From positions 11-64,010 of the forward strand of contig JBAXXQ010000002.1 in the NCBI GenBank assembly GCA_037127795.1: a DNA stretch of 64,000 nt. The letters run 5' to 3'. Position 1 is the first letter of the stretch, and each line of letters begins with the position of its first letter. The translations under genes and the position numbers were made by a program. Origin of the DNA: a bacterium (GTDB lineage Bacteria; Patescibacteriota; Minisyncoccia; Phycocordibacterales; UBA9973). Positions 1 to 9,926 of the stretch are shown here, in pieces. The notes below the pieces were generated by a model that did not search any database, was not told the DNA's origin, and was given only the letters and a program-made list of their open reading frames with translations.

Positions 1-10
1 CAATAACGGT

Positions 11-3000
11 GTGATGGAATACAAAGATGTGGGAGGAAGTTGGACTGCTATTACTGGTGGGGGTGGTGCGACGAGTGGGTTGAGTTTGGATGGTGGAGGA
101 AATTTGATTGCGAATACTGTATCTTCAAATATAGCATCATCTAATAGCCCATATCAATCAATACTACTTGGACAAGGGGCTGGTGATGGTATCAATGCAT
201 CAAGTCCATATAACATTTTAATAGGTTCTCATGCAGGGTTTCATGCATATGCAATACAACAAGTTATATTTTTAGGTTCTGGGGCTGGAGATGGTGCGAC
301 GCATGCTGCCAATTCTATTTTTATCGGTACTAATGCTGGATATGGTGATACTGTTGATAATACTTCAAGCTCTGGTTTCTCAATCCTTCTTGGTCCTTCA
401 ACCTCAACAGGTGGTTATTCAAATAGTATTGCGATTGGTAAATCAGCAACAAACAGCGCCACTAATCAATTTATGGTGGGGTCAAATCAGTACCCAATAC
501 GTCAATTTGTTCTTGTTGAGACTGGTGGTCAGAATGCCTACATTAATTTTATAAATGGAAATTCTTCTTATGGAAGTAGTGGTTATGAAACCGGTGACTT
601 GGGTTATGGATTTAAAGATGACAATGGTACCATGAAATACAAAAATGAAGGTGGCTCTTGGACTGCGTTTGGGGGAGGGTCAACAACACCGACATTGGAT
701 GGAAATAATAGTTTTGTTGTAGGTGGAGGTAGTGATCCTTTATTTTCAAATTTTATAGGTATAGGTGCTGGGCAAGGAGCTACGGGGGCACAGGCATCGA
801 ATTTCTTTGGTACTAGTGCTGGAAATAATGCTTATGCCGCAAATAACTCAAATTTCTTTGGTGCAAATGCCGGTCGTGATGCAATTTTTGCATCTAGTTC
901 AAACTTTTTTGGATCTAGCGCTGGTAATAGTGCCACAAACGCTCATGATTCAAATTTCTTAGGAAATAGTGCTGGATATGGTGCAACTAGTGCACAAAAT
1001 TCAAACTTCTTTGGACAATATGCAGGGTACCAAGCAACTAATGCTGGCTTTTCAATTTTCTTAGGTCCTTGGGCTGGCTATAATGCGGTTAGTGCGTATA
1101 ACTCTATTTTTCTTGGTCAAAGTGCTGGTCAAAGTGATAACGTCAACAACACCTCAAACAATGGTTTCTCAATCCTCCTCGGTCCATCAACCTCAACTGG
1201 CGGTTATTCAAACAGTATCGCTATTGGTGGAACTGCAACAAACACAAAATCAAACCAACTTATGCTCGGTTCAAGTAGTTACCCAATCTCTGATCTTTCA
1301 ATCAATAACGTAAACTACACCTTCCCATCTTCACAAGGCTCATCTGGGCAGACATTAGTAAATGATGGAAGTGGGAATTTAACTTGGCAGACAGTAGGAG
1401 GTGTTTCGCTTGATACAGTAGATGCATTTATTGTTGGTGGTGGTGCTGATATGGTCGATTCTGTTTTTATTGGTAAAAATACTGGTGCTGGTGCAACTTC
1501 TGCGCACCATTCTAATTTCTTTGGGGCAGGTACTGGGTATGGTGCAACTAATGCTAGTGGTTCAAATTTCTTAGGAAACGGAGCAGGTTATAGTGCGATA
1601 AGTGCCAGTGGTTCAAATTTTATAGGACAAAATAGTGGATTTTATGCAAATAATGCTAATGATTCAATCTTTTTAGGAAATTACGCTGGTAGTAGCGCAA
1701 CCAACGCTGCTTTCTCAACCTTTATCGGAGGAAATGCTGGTCAAAATGCAACCAATGCCGCTGATGCAATTTTTATAGGAAATGCTGCGGGAGAAGGTGA
1801 TACTATTAATACTTCTTACTCTGGTTCTTATGGTCACTCTGCCATTCTTATTGGTAACGGTACTTCAACTGGTGGGTATATAGATAGTATAGCTATAGGT
1901 CAAGGTGCTACTAATACAAAAACAAACCAGCTTATGCTTGGTTCAAGTGGTTACCCAATTTCTGCTCTCTCAATCAATAATGTAAATTACACCTTCCCAG
2001 CTTCACAAGGTTTATTAGGGCAAACACTCGTAAATGATGGAAATGGAAACCTTAGTTGGAGTACAGTGGGAGGTGGTACAGGGATTACTTCAATTAATGG
2101 TAATACTGCTACCGCACAAACTATTGCAGCAGGGACAGGAATCAGTATATCTAATAATGGGAATGGTACGACAACTATTACTAATACGAGCTCTTCATTA
2201 TTACAGTTTGATGGTACTAATAATTCTTTTTATTCAGCAACAACCCCTGATACTCAAGGTGCTGTATTTTTGGGATATCGAGCTGGTTTTAGTCCTCAAT
2301 CAGAATATAATTCTGTTGCTATTGGAACACAGGCTGGGTATTATGCTTCGCTTAATTCTACAATTGTGGGGTATCAAGCTGGTATGAATGCAAGATATGC
2401 AGAACTCCTTAATGCTTTTGGTATGAATGCTGGATATAATGCAGCAAATGCTCGAAATTCAATTTTTATAGGTGCCAATGCTGGGTATAACGACTCTGTT
2501 GATAATACTTCAGGTGGATATTCAATTCTTATTGGTACAAGTACTAATACTGGCGGCTATTCAAATAGTATCGCCATCGGCTCTAATGCAATCAATACAG
2601 CAACCAACCAGTTCATGATTGGTTCAAGCTCATACCCAATCAATAGTACTGTCATCAAAGGCTCAGGTAGTACTCAATGTACTATCACTACCGGTACTGG
2701 TATTGCGTGTTCTTCAGATATCACTCTCAAGAAAAACATTACTGCAATCCCCGATGGTATGCTTGCAAAAGTATTATCACTCAACCCAGTAACCTACAAC
2801 TGGAAAACACAACTAGACACCGATCCTACCTATGCTGGATTCATCGCACAACAAGTAGAAGTTATATTCCCACAAGCAGTATCTACTGATCCATCTACTG
2901 GTACCAAACTGCTTTCTCCAACAGTACTCATTCCATTTACTATCAAAGCTATACAAGAGATGGATATACAAATGCAAGGTCTCGCAAGTCTCAAAGGGGA

Positions 3001-3169
3001 TAGTGGTAACACCTTCAAGGATGCATTGATTGCATGGTTCGCAGATGTACACAATGGTATCAACAAACTCTTTGTCCGAGAGATAGATACAACCAAGATT
3101 TGTGTTTCAGATACTACAGGCGCAACCTGTATCACCAAAGGACAACTCGACAAACTCCTCGCACGATAA
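11..3169 (+). CDS. Tail-fibre-like surface protein, 5'-partial: the frame is open to the window edge and the N-terminus lies inside a repeat. It has Gly/Asn-rich Hep_Hag/YadA-head-like repeats (SNFFG..AG..AT.A) and a C-terminal peptidase S74 intramolecular chaperone domain.
   Basis: Long ORF with no stop upstream of the GTG/ATG at 11-16. Internal repeats such as GYSNSIAIG..ATN..NQ(F/L)M(V/L)GS recur three times. The C-terminus DITLKKNI...NPVTYNWK...GFIAQQVEVIFPQAV matches the autoproteolytic chaperone domain of phage tail fibres and endosialidases. It is paralogous to the C-terminus of the giant ORF at 38656. Confidence 0.7.
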   Translation: MMEYKDVGGSWTAITGGGGATSGLSLDGGGNLIANTVSSNIASSNSPYQSILLGQGAGDGINASSPYNILIGSHAGFHAYAIQQVIFLGSGAGDGATHAANSIFIGTNAGYGDTVDNTSSSGFSILLGPSTSTGGYSNSIAIGKSATNSATNQFMVGSNQYPIRQFVLVETGGQNAYINFINGNSSYGSSGYETGDLGYGFKDDNGTMKYKNEGGSWTAFGGGSTTPTLDGNNSFVVGGGSDPLFSNFIGIGAGQGATGAQASNFFGTSAGNNAYAANNSNFFGANAGRDAIFASSSNFFGSSAGNSATNAHDSNFLGNSAGYGATSAQNSNFFGQYAGYQATNAGFSIFLGPWAGYNAVSAYNSIFLGQSAGQSDNVNNTSNNGFSILLGPSTSTGGYSNSIAIGGTATNTKSNQLMLGSSSYPISDLSINNVNYTFPSSQGSSGQTLVNDGSGNLTWQTVGGVSLDTVDAFIVGGGADMVDSVFIGKNTGAGATSAHHSNFFGAGTGYGATNASGSNFLGNGAGYSAISASGSNFIGQNSGFYANNANDSIFLGNYAGSSATNAAFSTFIGGNAGQNATNAADAIFIGNAAGEGDTINTSYSGSYGHSAILIGNGTSTGGYIDSIAIGQGATNTKTNQLMLGSSGYPISALSINNVNYTFPASQGLLGQTLVNDGNGNLSWSTVGGGTGITSINGNTATAQTIAAGTGISISNNGNGTTTITNTSSSLLQFDGTNNSFYSATTPDTQGAVFLGYRAGFSPQSEYNSVAIGTQAGYYASLNSTIVGYQAGMNARYAELLNAFGMNAGYNAANARNSIFIGANAGYNDSVDNTSGGYSILIGTSTNTGGYSNSIAIGSNAINTATNQFMIGSSSYPINSTVIKGSGSTQCTITTGTGIACSSDITLKKNITAIPDGMLAKVLSLNPVTYNWKTQLDTDPTYAGFIAQQVEVIFPQAVSTDPSTGTKLLSPTVLIPFTIKAIQEMDIQMQGLASLKGDSGNTFKDALIAWFADVHNGINKLFVREIDTTKICVSDTTGATCITKGQLDKLLAR

Positions 3170-3216
3170 CGTTGACAAATATACATTTTTTGTGTATTGT
3201 TTGAAAAAATATAATT

Positions 3217-3771
3217 ATGGTTTTAATCATTGTAGGGGCTAGTGTCCTGGTAGCAATTTATTTTGGATCCCATCATTGGGTTCAAAAAAAAGAAATTAGT
3301 ACATTAAAAAAATCCAACATTCTTTTGAATGTACGGATTCTGGATCCCCAGGGGGGAGACTCAGTAAAAACATCACTGGTTTTTTTTAGAGAGTATGAAA
3401 AGCTTTCCGAAAATGTATTACATGCATTTACGTATGAGCTTTCTCTGTTCTTGGAAAAGAGGTATCAATATTTATTGGTAGAGGGGAACTTCTATAATAT
3501 TTTTGATGCTATTGAAAAAGACAAAAACATATACGCTGAAACAGTATATATGTTTGATGTTTTTACTAATGTATTAAAGGTACAAAAACTCGCAGAAACG
3601 CTTTCCCTAAAGATTGATCTTGTCGCTGAAAACATTATCAGAGATGAAGATCAGGATCTTGCAAGAGATTTTGCAAATCAGCTAAAAGACCATCGAGGGT
3701 CTATTTGGCTGGGATTTAATAAATCCAAACAGCAAACAATAATTAAACTATTGTCTTGTAAAAAAAGGTAA
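3217..3771 (+). CDS. Hypothetical protein with an N-terminal transmembrane helix
   Basis: 184-aa ORF with a hydrophobic N-terminus (MVLIIVGASVLVAIYFG). No recognisable domain. A terminator hairpin follows. Confidence 0.4.
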   Translation: MVLIIVGASVLVAIYFGSHHWVQKKEISTLKKSNILLNVRILDPQGGDSVKTSLVFFREYEKLSENVLHAFTYELSLFLEKRYQYLLVEGNFYNIFDAIEKDKNIYAETVYMFDVFTNVLKVQKLAETLSLKIDLVAENIIRDEDQDLARDFANQLKDHRGSIWLGFNKSKQQTIIKLLSCKKR

Positions 3772-3806
3772 AAAAAGCCTGGAAACAAATGTTTCCAGGC
3801 TTTCAT
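3770..3806. terminator. Bidirectional Rho-independent terminator between convergent genes
   Basis: Hairpin gcctggaaac-aaat-gtttccaggc flanked by an A-run and a T-run. Confidence 0.6.
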
Positions 3807-3813
3807 GTTTTAA

Positions 3814-4527
3814 TTAAAGAGCTTTAATTTTTTTTATACCCCAACATGTTATGATTCTTCGCAACAACAGTGATGTTATAGAAAAATACAGTGTGTAACA
3901 AATCAATGAAAGATGATAGTACCCTCCTCGAAGTATTTGCTCTTCTCCACCATAACGAACTCCTGAAATAATTATTATTACTAATAAAGAAATAGGATAG
4001 AAAAAAGTTTCCATTTTTCCAAAATTCGATGAAGACTCTTCTTCCAGGTAGTCTTTAAGAAGTTCTTCTTTTGAATTATACAACTTTGGTTGTGCATTTC
4101 TTTTTTGCAACTCTCTAATCAGATAGTTTCTTTGGTGAAATGCGTGCCAGATGAGTAATAAAAATAACACACTATATCCACACAGGCATGCAATCAAAAA
4201 TTTATTTTTTTCAAAATAATGAGGTTTGCACATATGTGTCTTCCATCCATTTCTATAATGAAGAATAGTTCGTGTTATCTTTAGCTTCCAGTGCATCATT
4301 GAAAAAAGATTAAACTTTTCCGGATAAATTCCACGCTCATCTTTTATAACACTAAAGGAATCTTTACACTCCATGAGTGTCACTGCGCGTTCGGTACTGA
4401 TAGATGATGGGTGAGCGTTTAAACTATCCCAAAAATTTTGTACTATATCTGCCGTATCGCATTGTGCAGATACGTGCAATGTTGTAATCATAAGGAGGGC
4501 GATTACTACCACTACTTTTTTTATCAT
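3814..4527 (-). CDS. Hypothetical secreted or membrane protein with a signal peptide and a C-terminal hydrophobic segment
   Basis: 237-aa ORF. The N-terminus MIKKVVVVIALLMITTLHVSAQ is signal-peptide-like. A TM-like stretch lies near the C-terminus. Confidence 0.4.
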   Translation of the reverse strand: MIKKVVVVIALLMITTLHVSAQCDTADIVQNFWDSLNAHPSSISTERAVTLMECKDSFSVIKDERGIYPEKFNLFSMMHWKLKITRTILHYRNGWKTHMCKPHYFEKNKFLIACLCGYSVLFLLLIWHAFHQRNYLIRELQKRNAQPKLYNSKEELLKDYLEEESSSNFGKMETFFYPISLLVIIIISGVRYGGEEQILRGGYYHLSLICYTLYFSITSLLLRRIITCWGIKKIKAL

Positions 4528-4553
4528 ATTCGGTTGTTAATTTATTTGTTGCA

Positions 4554-4581
4554 ATTATATACTATTTAAACAAAAAGTCAA
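4554..4581 (-). promoter_or_regulatory. Sigma70-like promoter (TTGACT-N16-TATAAT on the - strand) for the gene starting at 4527
   Basis: The reverse complement reads ttgactttttgtttaaatagtatataat, about 20 nt upstream of the start codon. Confidence 0.35.
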
Positions 4582-4646
4582 TGTATACTATATGGTGAAT
4601 ATGTTGTAATATCACAAAAAAATGTTCACCTCAAAAACAACAAAAT

Positions 4647-5858
4647 ATGAAAATTTTAGCCGCCTTAGAGCAAGCGCCTCATTGGGCCCTTGCAAACATT
4701 GATCTTACCCCTCGTGTGGAGGATTTGGATCTACCCAAGCAGGACCATTTCCTTTTTGGACACAAAGTGCAGCTTGATGCTGTACAGAAGCAGGATCTTG
4801 ATTTGTCTGTAAAAAGGCAAGCAATCCTTGATTGGCAAGAAGCTGCTCGTGATCTCGCATTGCGCTTCACTGAAAAAGGTTTTCCAAAACCTGTTATTGT
4901 ACCGAAAGAATTGTTTGATACTGTGTGTAAAAAGTGCAAGCTTATCCGGCTTGAAAACATGGATGAAAAAGGTAGTTTACACCTATTTTTTTTAAACATA
5001 GACAATTTCTTTTTTATAAAAGTTTTTGAACATGTATCTCCTTGTATGACAAAAGCAAATGTTCTCGGGGATAATTATTTAAGGCATTGGTGGAATCCTG
5101 GTTGGGGAGGATGGGTTGGAAAACCTATCTATTTTGAACTAAATGACAATCCTTCTTTTTGGGGGAAAGGTGCTAGTGATCCGTATAGTATTGGTCTTGC
5201 ATTTGATAGTGGTTATTTACTAAAACTTGATACACAACAAGCGAAGCATAATTTTGATAGTTTTATGGAAGAGTATAATGACCCATATTATTTATACATG
5301 CTTGCTATGAAAGATCAAAATTTTATTACGATGGGTAGCAAGATGGAAATGAGTAATACATTTGCTGTATTTCCAGAATTACCACCAGAATTTCAAATGC
5401 TTTTGGTAAATCTCAAGAAAACATTTCCGCATTGGCCGGTGTATACCGCTGCTGATCCTGATTTTTTTAGTCTTGTACAAGAAGGGGTTGACGTGAGGAT
5501 TTACACAAAAAAACGTTTTGCCGAGTTTGCTGATATTTTTTCACAGGTAGTAGAAATATCTGAAAATATTAAAAATAAGCAAGAAGAATGGCAGAAAAAA
5601 TTTCTTGATGAATGCGCAGAACAGGGGATATCTCCTACGGGGACACATACGTTTTTGTCAGAAGAGGATGTTGCAAAAGCGGTTCAAATAGAAAAAGACC
5701 CGATTTTTTATCTGCCGGTAGAACTTACACACAAACATGTGAAGTACAAATTTGCTGTGGTGTATGGCCAATGCGGGGAATCTCCGTATGAAAAAGCGGC
5801 TATAGAAGACCTAAAAAATATATCGTATGAGACATTTATGGGGTCGGCTGCAAATTAG
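4647..5858 (+). CDS. Hypothetical protein, 403 aa
   Basis: Long ORF with clean coding character followed by a terminator. No domain was recognised by eye. Confidence 0.5.
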   Translation: MKILAALEQAPHWALANIDLTPRVEDLDLPKQDHFLFGHKVQLDAVQKQDLDLSVKRQAILDWQEAARDLALRFTEKGFPKPVIVPKELFDTVCKKCKLIRLENMDEKGSLHLFFLNIDNFFFIKVFEHVSPCMTKANVLGDNYLRHWWNPGWGGWVGKPIYFELNDNPSFWGKGASDPYSIGLAFDSGYLLKLDTQQAKHNFDSFMEEYNDPYYLYMLAMKDQNFITMGSKMEMSNTFAVFPELPPEFQMLLVNLKKTFPHWPVYTAADPDFFSLVQEGVDVRIYTKKRFAEFADIFSQVVEISENIKNKQEEWQKKFLDECAEQGISPTGTHTFLSEEDVAKAVQIEKDPIFYLPVELTHKHVKYKFAVVYGQCGESPYEKAAIEDLKNISYETFMGSAAN

Positions 5859-5879
5859 TATGGTATTGTTTTTCACACA

Positions 5880-5913
5880 AAAGCCCTGTAGATGTATATC
5901 TGCAGGGCTTTTT
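5880..5913 (+). terminator. Rho-independent terminator
   Basis: Hairpin gccctgtagat...atctgcagggc followed by ttttt. Confidence 0.6.
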
Positions 5914-5933
5914 CTCATATAAAGGCATATATT

Positions 5934-5968
5934 ACTTGACCAAAAAGCAGTATTCTGCTATATTTCCA
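5934..5968 (+). promoter_or_regulatory. Candidate sigma70 promoter (TTGACC-N17-TATATT) upstream of rpsZ
   Basis: Reads ttgaccaaaaagcagtattctgctatatt. It lies in the 200-nt gap before the ribosomal protein genes. Confidence 0.35.
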
Positions 5969-6060
5969 GTCGCACTAAAAGAAGTCCATAGTCCTCTTTT
6001 TGCAACAGATGCAAAAAAAGTATTATGCGATACTCTTAATCAAGTGCACTAATAATCATT

Positions 6061-6246
6061 ATGGCAAAAACATCAGTTATCGCGCGTTCTCAAAAGACGC
6101 CAAAATTTAGTACAAGAGCGGTTAACCGCTGTTTTAAGTGTGGCCGCAGACATGGATATATGAGAGATTTTGATCTCTGCCGTATCTGCTTCCGCGAATT
6201 AGCAAACGAAGGAATGCTCCCAGGTATCCGTAAATCATCATGGTAG
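6061..6246 (+). CDS. rpsZ: 30S ribosomal protein S14 type Z (zinc-binding)
   Basis: 61 aa with CxxC...CxxC ([20 protein letters not shown]), the canonical S14Z sequence. Confidence 0.9.
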   Translation: MAKTSVIARSQKTPKFSTRAVNRCFKCGRRHGYMRDFDLCRICFRELANEGMLPGIRKSSW

Positions 6247-6253
6247 TTTTTAT

Positions 6254-6646
6254 ATGACAGACCCAATCGCAAACATGTTAATATCGCTCAAAAATGCAGC
6301 AATGATCTCAAAAGAGAAAGTTGTAGTGCCATTTTCTAGTATCAAGCATTCTATTGCAGAATGTCTTTTGAAACACGGCTATGTTGCCTCAGTACAAAAG
6401 AAGACAGAAAAAGGAGACATTGCAGTTTTGGAACTCACTCTCGCATTTGACGCACAAGGTCCAAAGATCCACGATGTTACTCGTGTATCAAAGCCTTCAC
6501 GTCGTATGTACGCAGGAGTAAAAGAAATCCACTCATTCAAAAATGGGCATGGTATGTATGTATTCTCAACACCAAAAGGAATTTTGAGTGACACAGAAGC
6601 ACGCAAAGAACAGGTCGGAGGAGAAGTTATTTGTAGTATTTGGTAG
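6254..6646 (+). CDS. rpsH: 30S ribosomal protein S8
   Basis: The N-terminus MTDPIANMLISLKNA is a typical S8 signature. 130 aa. Confidence 0.9.
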   Translation: MTDPIANMLISLKNAAMISKEKVVVPFSSIKHSIAECLLKHGYVASVQKKTEKGDIAVLELTLAFDAQGPKIHDVTRVSKPSRRMYAGVKEIHSFKNGHGMYVFSTPKGILSDTEARKEQVGGEVICSIW

Positions 6647-6657
6647 AGTTATATATA

Positions 6658-7202
6658 TGAGTAGAGTAGGAAAACAACAATTCACCATCCCAGCAAACGT
6701 TACTGTTACTTTCGAGAACGGACTATTTTCTGTAAAAGGACCACTTGGTACTTTGTCAAAAAACTTTCTTGATACTGTAGTAGTAACTATCGCTGACAAT
6801 GTTATATCTTTTGCACCAGCAGTGGATGAGCCATTTGCACGTGCTCTTTGGGGAACATACGCTTCACATGTGAAGAATATGATCGCTGGAGTACAAGCTC
6901 CATACGTAAAGAAATTGATTCTTGAAGGAGTTGGATTCAAAAGTGAAGTAAAGGCAAATGGGTCTAATAGCGATTTGCACCTTGCACTAGGGTTCTCTCA
7001 TCCCGTAATAGTAAAAATCCCAGAAGGGCTTACTGTTACTGCAGAAAAGAACAATATTACTGTAACAGGTATCAACAAAGAACAAGTAGGGCAATTTACT
7101 GCAGCTGTTCGCGCACTCAAGAAACCAGAACCATATAAAGGTAAAGGGTTCCGATACAGTGACGAAGTTATCCGTCGAAAAGCAGGTAAGAAGACCGCAT
7201 AA
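6658..7202 (+). CDS. rplF: 50S ribosomal protein L6
   Basis: MSRVGKQQFTIPANVTV... is an L6 signature. The start was moved to the ATG at 6658, since the 6588 ORF-track start overlaps rpsH. Confidence 0.9.
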
Positions 7203-7213
7203 CGAGTACAATT

Positions 7214-7561
7214 ATGTCTACACAAAACAAACTACAAAAGAAAATGCGATTGAAGAAAAAGATTCGTTCACGAATCAATGGTACAGATGTACGTCCACGT
7301 ATGACTGTTACTCGTTCAAATACTCACGTATATGTACAACTCATTGACGATACAAAAGCTCGTACATTGGTTGCTGCAAACGATTTGAATCTCAAATCAG
7401 GAAACGGAGTAGAACGTGCTACATTGGTAGGGAAGGCAATTGCAACTCTCGCAAAGAAAGTAAATATCTCTACTGTTGTCTTTGATCGAAACGGCTACAA
7501 ATACGCAGGTCGCGTAAAGGCTTTAGCAGATGCTGCTCGTTTAGAAGGCCTAGAGTTTTAA
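7214..7561 (+). CDS. rplR: 50S ribosomal protein L18
   Basis: Carries the L18 motif RPRMTVTRSNTHVYVQLIDD. 115 aa. Confidence 0.9.
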   Translation: MSTQNKLQKKMRLKKKIRSRINGTDVRPRMTVTRSNTHVYVQLIDDTKARTLVAANDLNLKSGNGVERATLVGKAIATLAKKVNISTVVFDRNGYKYAGRVKALADAARLEGLEF

Positions 7562-7564
7562 TAT

Positions 7565-8146
7565 ATGACTGAACAAAAAACACAATCACAACCACGAGAC
7601 AAACGTCCAGACTCACGTCCACGTCGTCCTGATCGAGCACCTGTTATAAAGGATGTTGATCAAAAGATTCTCGAAATCCGCCGTGTTACTCGTGTGGTAG
7701 CTGGAGGACGTCGTATGAGTTTTGCAGTATCTATGCTTATCGGTGATAAGAAAGGTGTTGTTGGTGTTGGTACTGGAAAAGGTAATGACACAGCACTTGC
7801 TATCGCAAAAGCATTGAAAGATGCAAAAAAGAATGCGCTCAAAATCAAGCTCAACCAAGGACATGCTATCCCTCACGAAATCAGTGCAAAGTACTGTTCT
7901 TCAACAGTAAAACTTTTCCCAAACAAAGGTAAAGGACTTGTAGCTGGTGCAGCTATCCGAGATCTCCTCGTACTTGCTGGTGCAAAAGATGTATCTGCAA
8001 AAGTACTTTCAGGAAGTAAGAACAAGCTCAATACTGCTCGTGCCGTAATGAAAGCATTTGGTCCAATCTCAACTCCTTACAACTTTGCAAATAAGCCTGT
8101 AGAAGCAGCCCCTGTTGCAGAAGCAGTAGAAGCTAAAAAAGAGTAA
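7565..8146 (+). CDS. rpsE: 30S ribosomal protein S5
   Basis: The S5 core RVTRVVAGGRRMSFAVSMLIGDKKG. 193 aa. Confidence 0.9.
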   Translation: MTEQKTQSQPRDKRPDSRPRRPDRAPVIKDVDQKILEIRRVTRVVAGGRRMSFAVSMLIGDKKGVVGVGTGKGNDTALAIAKALKDAKKNALKIKLNQGHAIPHEISAKYCSSTVKLFPNKGKGLVAGAAIRDLLVLAGAKDVSAKVLSGSKNKLNTARAVMKAFGPISTPYNFANKPVEAAPVAEAVEAKKE

Positions 8147-8152
8147 ACCTAT

Positions 8153-8590
8153 ATGTTACACGAATTAAAACCAACAACAAAAAATAAAAAAGCAAAGACT
8201 GTCGGTCGTGGTGGAACACGTGGAAAAACAGCTGGTCGCGGTACAAAAGGACAAAAAGCTCGTTCTGGTCACCGTATCCGTCCACACATCCGTGATATCA
8301 TCAAGAAACTTCCAAAACTTCGTGGCCGTGGAAAGAATATCAACAAGACATTCCGCCTCACTGCACAAGTAGTAAACCTTGATATCATTTCAATGAATTT
8401 TGAAAAGGGTGCAAGTATCACTCCTTCAACATTGTTTGCAAAAGGTCTTATCAAACGTCATCAAGGAATTTTGCCACAAGTAAAAATCCTCGGTACAGGT
8501 AAAATCACTGGTGCCTACTCATTCTACGAATGTTCTGTATCAGCAACAGCAAAAACAAAAATCGAAGCTGCTGGTGGAAAAGTAAACTAA
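8153..8590 (+). CDS. rplO: 50S ribosomal protein L15
   Basis: Gly/Arg/Lys-rich N-terminus (GRGGTRGKTAGRGTKGQKAR) typical of L15. It starts 6 nt after rpsE, which leaves no room for L30. Confidence 0.9.
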   Translation: MLHELKPTTKNKKAKTVGRGGTRGKTAGRGTKGQKARSGHRIRPHIRDIIKKLPKLRGRGKNINKTFRLTAQVVNLDIISMNFEKGASITPSTLFAKGLIKRHQGILPQVKILGTGKITGAYSFYECSVSATAKTKIEAAGGKVN

Positions 8591-8603
8591 CGAAAACAAT
8601 TTT

Positions 8604-9872
8604 ATGCAATCATTTCTAAAAAAACTAAAAATCTTATACACCGATAAAACTCTCCGTAATAAGATCTTGTTTGTAGTACTAGTGCTTGCTATTTTTAGAG
8701 TGCTCGCAGTGATTCCAGTACCTGGTATTGATACGAGTCGTCTCGCGCAGTTTTTCTCTGGTAATCAATTCCTCACACTCTTCAACACCCTTTCAGGGGG
8801 AGGGTTCTCACACTTCTCAATCGTTATGCTTGGGGTGGGTCCTTATATCACCGCATCTATCATTATGCAATTGTCATCTATGATGTGGCCTCGCTTGAAA
8901 GAGCTCATGCAAGAGTCTGGTGAAATTGGTCGCAAGAAATTCAATCAATACACTCGTTTGATTGCTGTGCCAATTGCATTTTTCCAAGGTATTGCATTTT
9001 TGCACTATCTTCAAACACAAAATGTAGTTGATACACTTTCTCTCGGCGCATTGGTAGGAAATGCAATCATTATCGTTGCTGGATCAATGTTGCTTTTGTG
9101 GCTCGCTGAGCTCATCAATGAATTCGGTATTGGTAACGGTACTTCACTTATCATTATGTCTGGTATCGTGGCTACTATCCCACAAAAGATTTCACAATTT
9201 GCATTTACCTATACTGCAGATCAGCTTCCTGTTACACTCTTGTATCTCGCACTCGGATTTATCGTTATCGCAGGAGTAGTATATATCTACGAAGCACAAC
9301 GCCCTGTAGAAGTAACCTACGCTCGTCAAGCTCGTGGTATCCGTATGTTTGGATCAAACGAAACATACATTCCACTTCGTCTTACACAAGCAGGAGTAAT
9401 GCCAATCATCTTTGCATCATCATTGCTTTTGTTCCCACAATTCCTCGCAAACTTCTTTGCAAATAGTACTTCAGCAAAATTGCTTGCAGTATCACACGCA
9501 CTTACTAGTTTCCTCCAAAGTAACTGGCAATATGCGATCGTATACTTCTTGCTCGTAGTATTCTTTACGTACTTCTATACTGCTATTACATTTGATCCAA
9601 AACAAATGGCAGAGAATTTGCAAAAGAATGGTGCATTCATCCCTGGTATTCGTCCTGGAGAATCTACTCGTGCGCACGTTGCAGATATTGTGACCAAGCT
9701 TACACTTGTCGGTTCTATCTTCCTTGGTATCGTCGCAGTACTCCCACTCATTGTTCGTAGTACTACCGGTATCACTGCATTTGCAGTCGGAGGAACATCA
9801 CTCTTGATTACCGTCTCTGTGGTTATCGATCTTATCCGCAAGATTGACGCACAAGTTGCAATGCAAGAATAA
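8604..9872 (+). CDS. secY: Preprotein translocase subunit SecY
   Basis: 422 aa with 10 TM segments and the conserved position after rplO. Confidence 0.9.
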   Translation: MQSFLKKLKILYTDKTLRNKILFVVLVLAIFRVLAVIPVPGIDTSRLAQFFSGNQFLTLFNTLSGGGFSHFSIVMLGVGPYITASIIMQLSSMMWPRLKELMQESGEIGRKKFNQYTRLIAVPIAFFQGIAFLHYLQTQNVVDTLSLGALVGNAIIIVAGSMLLLWLAELINEFGIGNGTSLIIMSGIVATIPQKISQFAFTYTADQLPVTLLYLALGFIVIAGVVYIYEAQRPVEVTYARQARGIRMFGSNETYIPLRLTQAGVMPIIFASSLLLFPQFLANFFANSTSAKLLAVSHALTSFLQSNWQYAIVYFLLVVFFTYFYTAITFDPKQMAENLQKNGAFIPGIRPGESTRAHVADIVTKLTLVGSIFLGIVAVLPLIVRSTTGITAFAVGGTSLLITVSVVIDLIRKIDAQVAMQE

Positions 9873-9876
9873 TATA

Positions 9877-9912
9877 AGAAAAAATTCCGCATTATGCGGA
9901 ATTTTTTCTTAT
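9877..9912 (+). terminator. Rho-independent terminator after secY
   Basis: Palindrome agaaaaaattccgcat/atgcggaattttttct. Confidence 0.6.
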
Positions 9913-9926
9913 GATACACTATCTCT

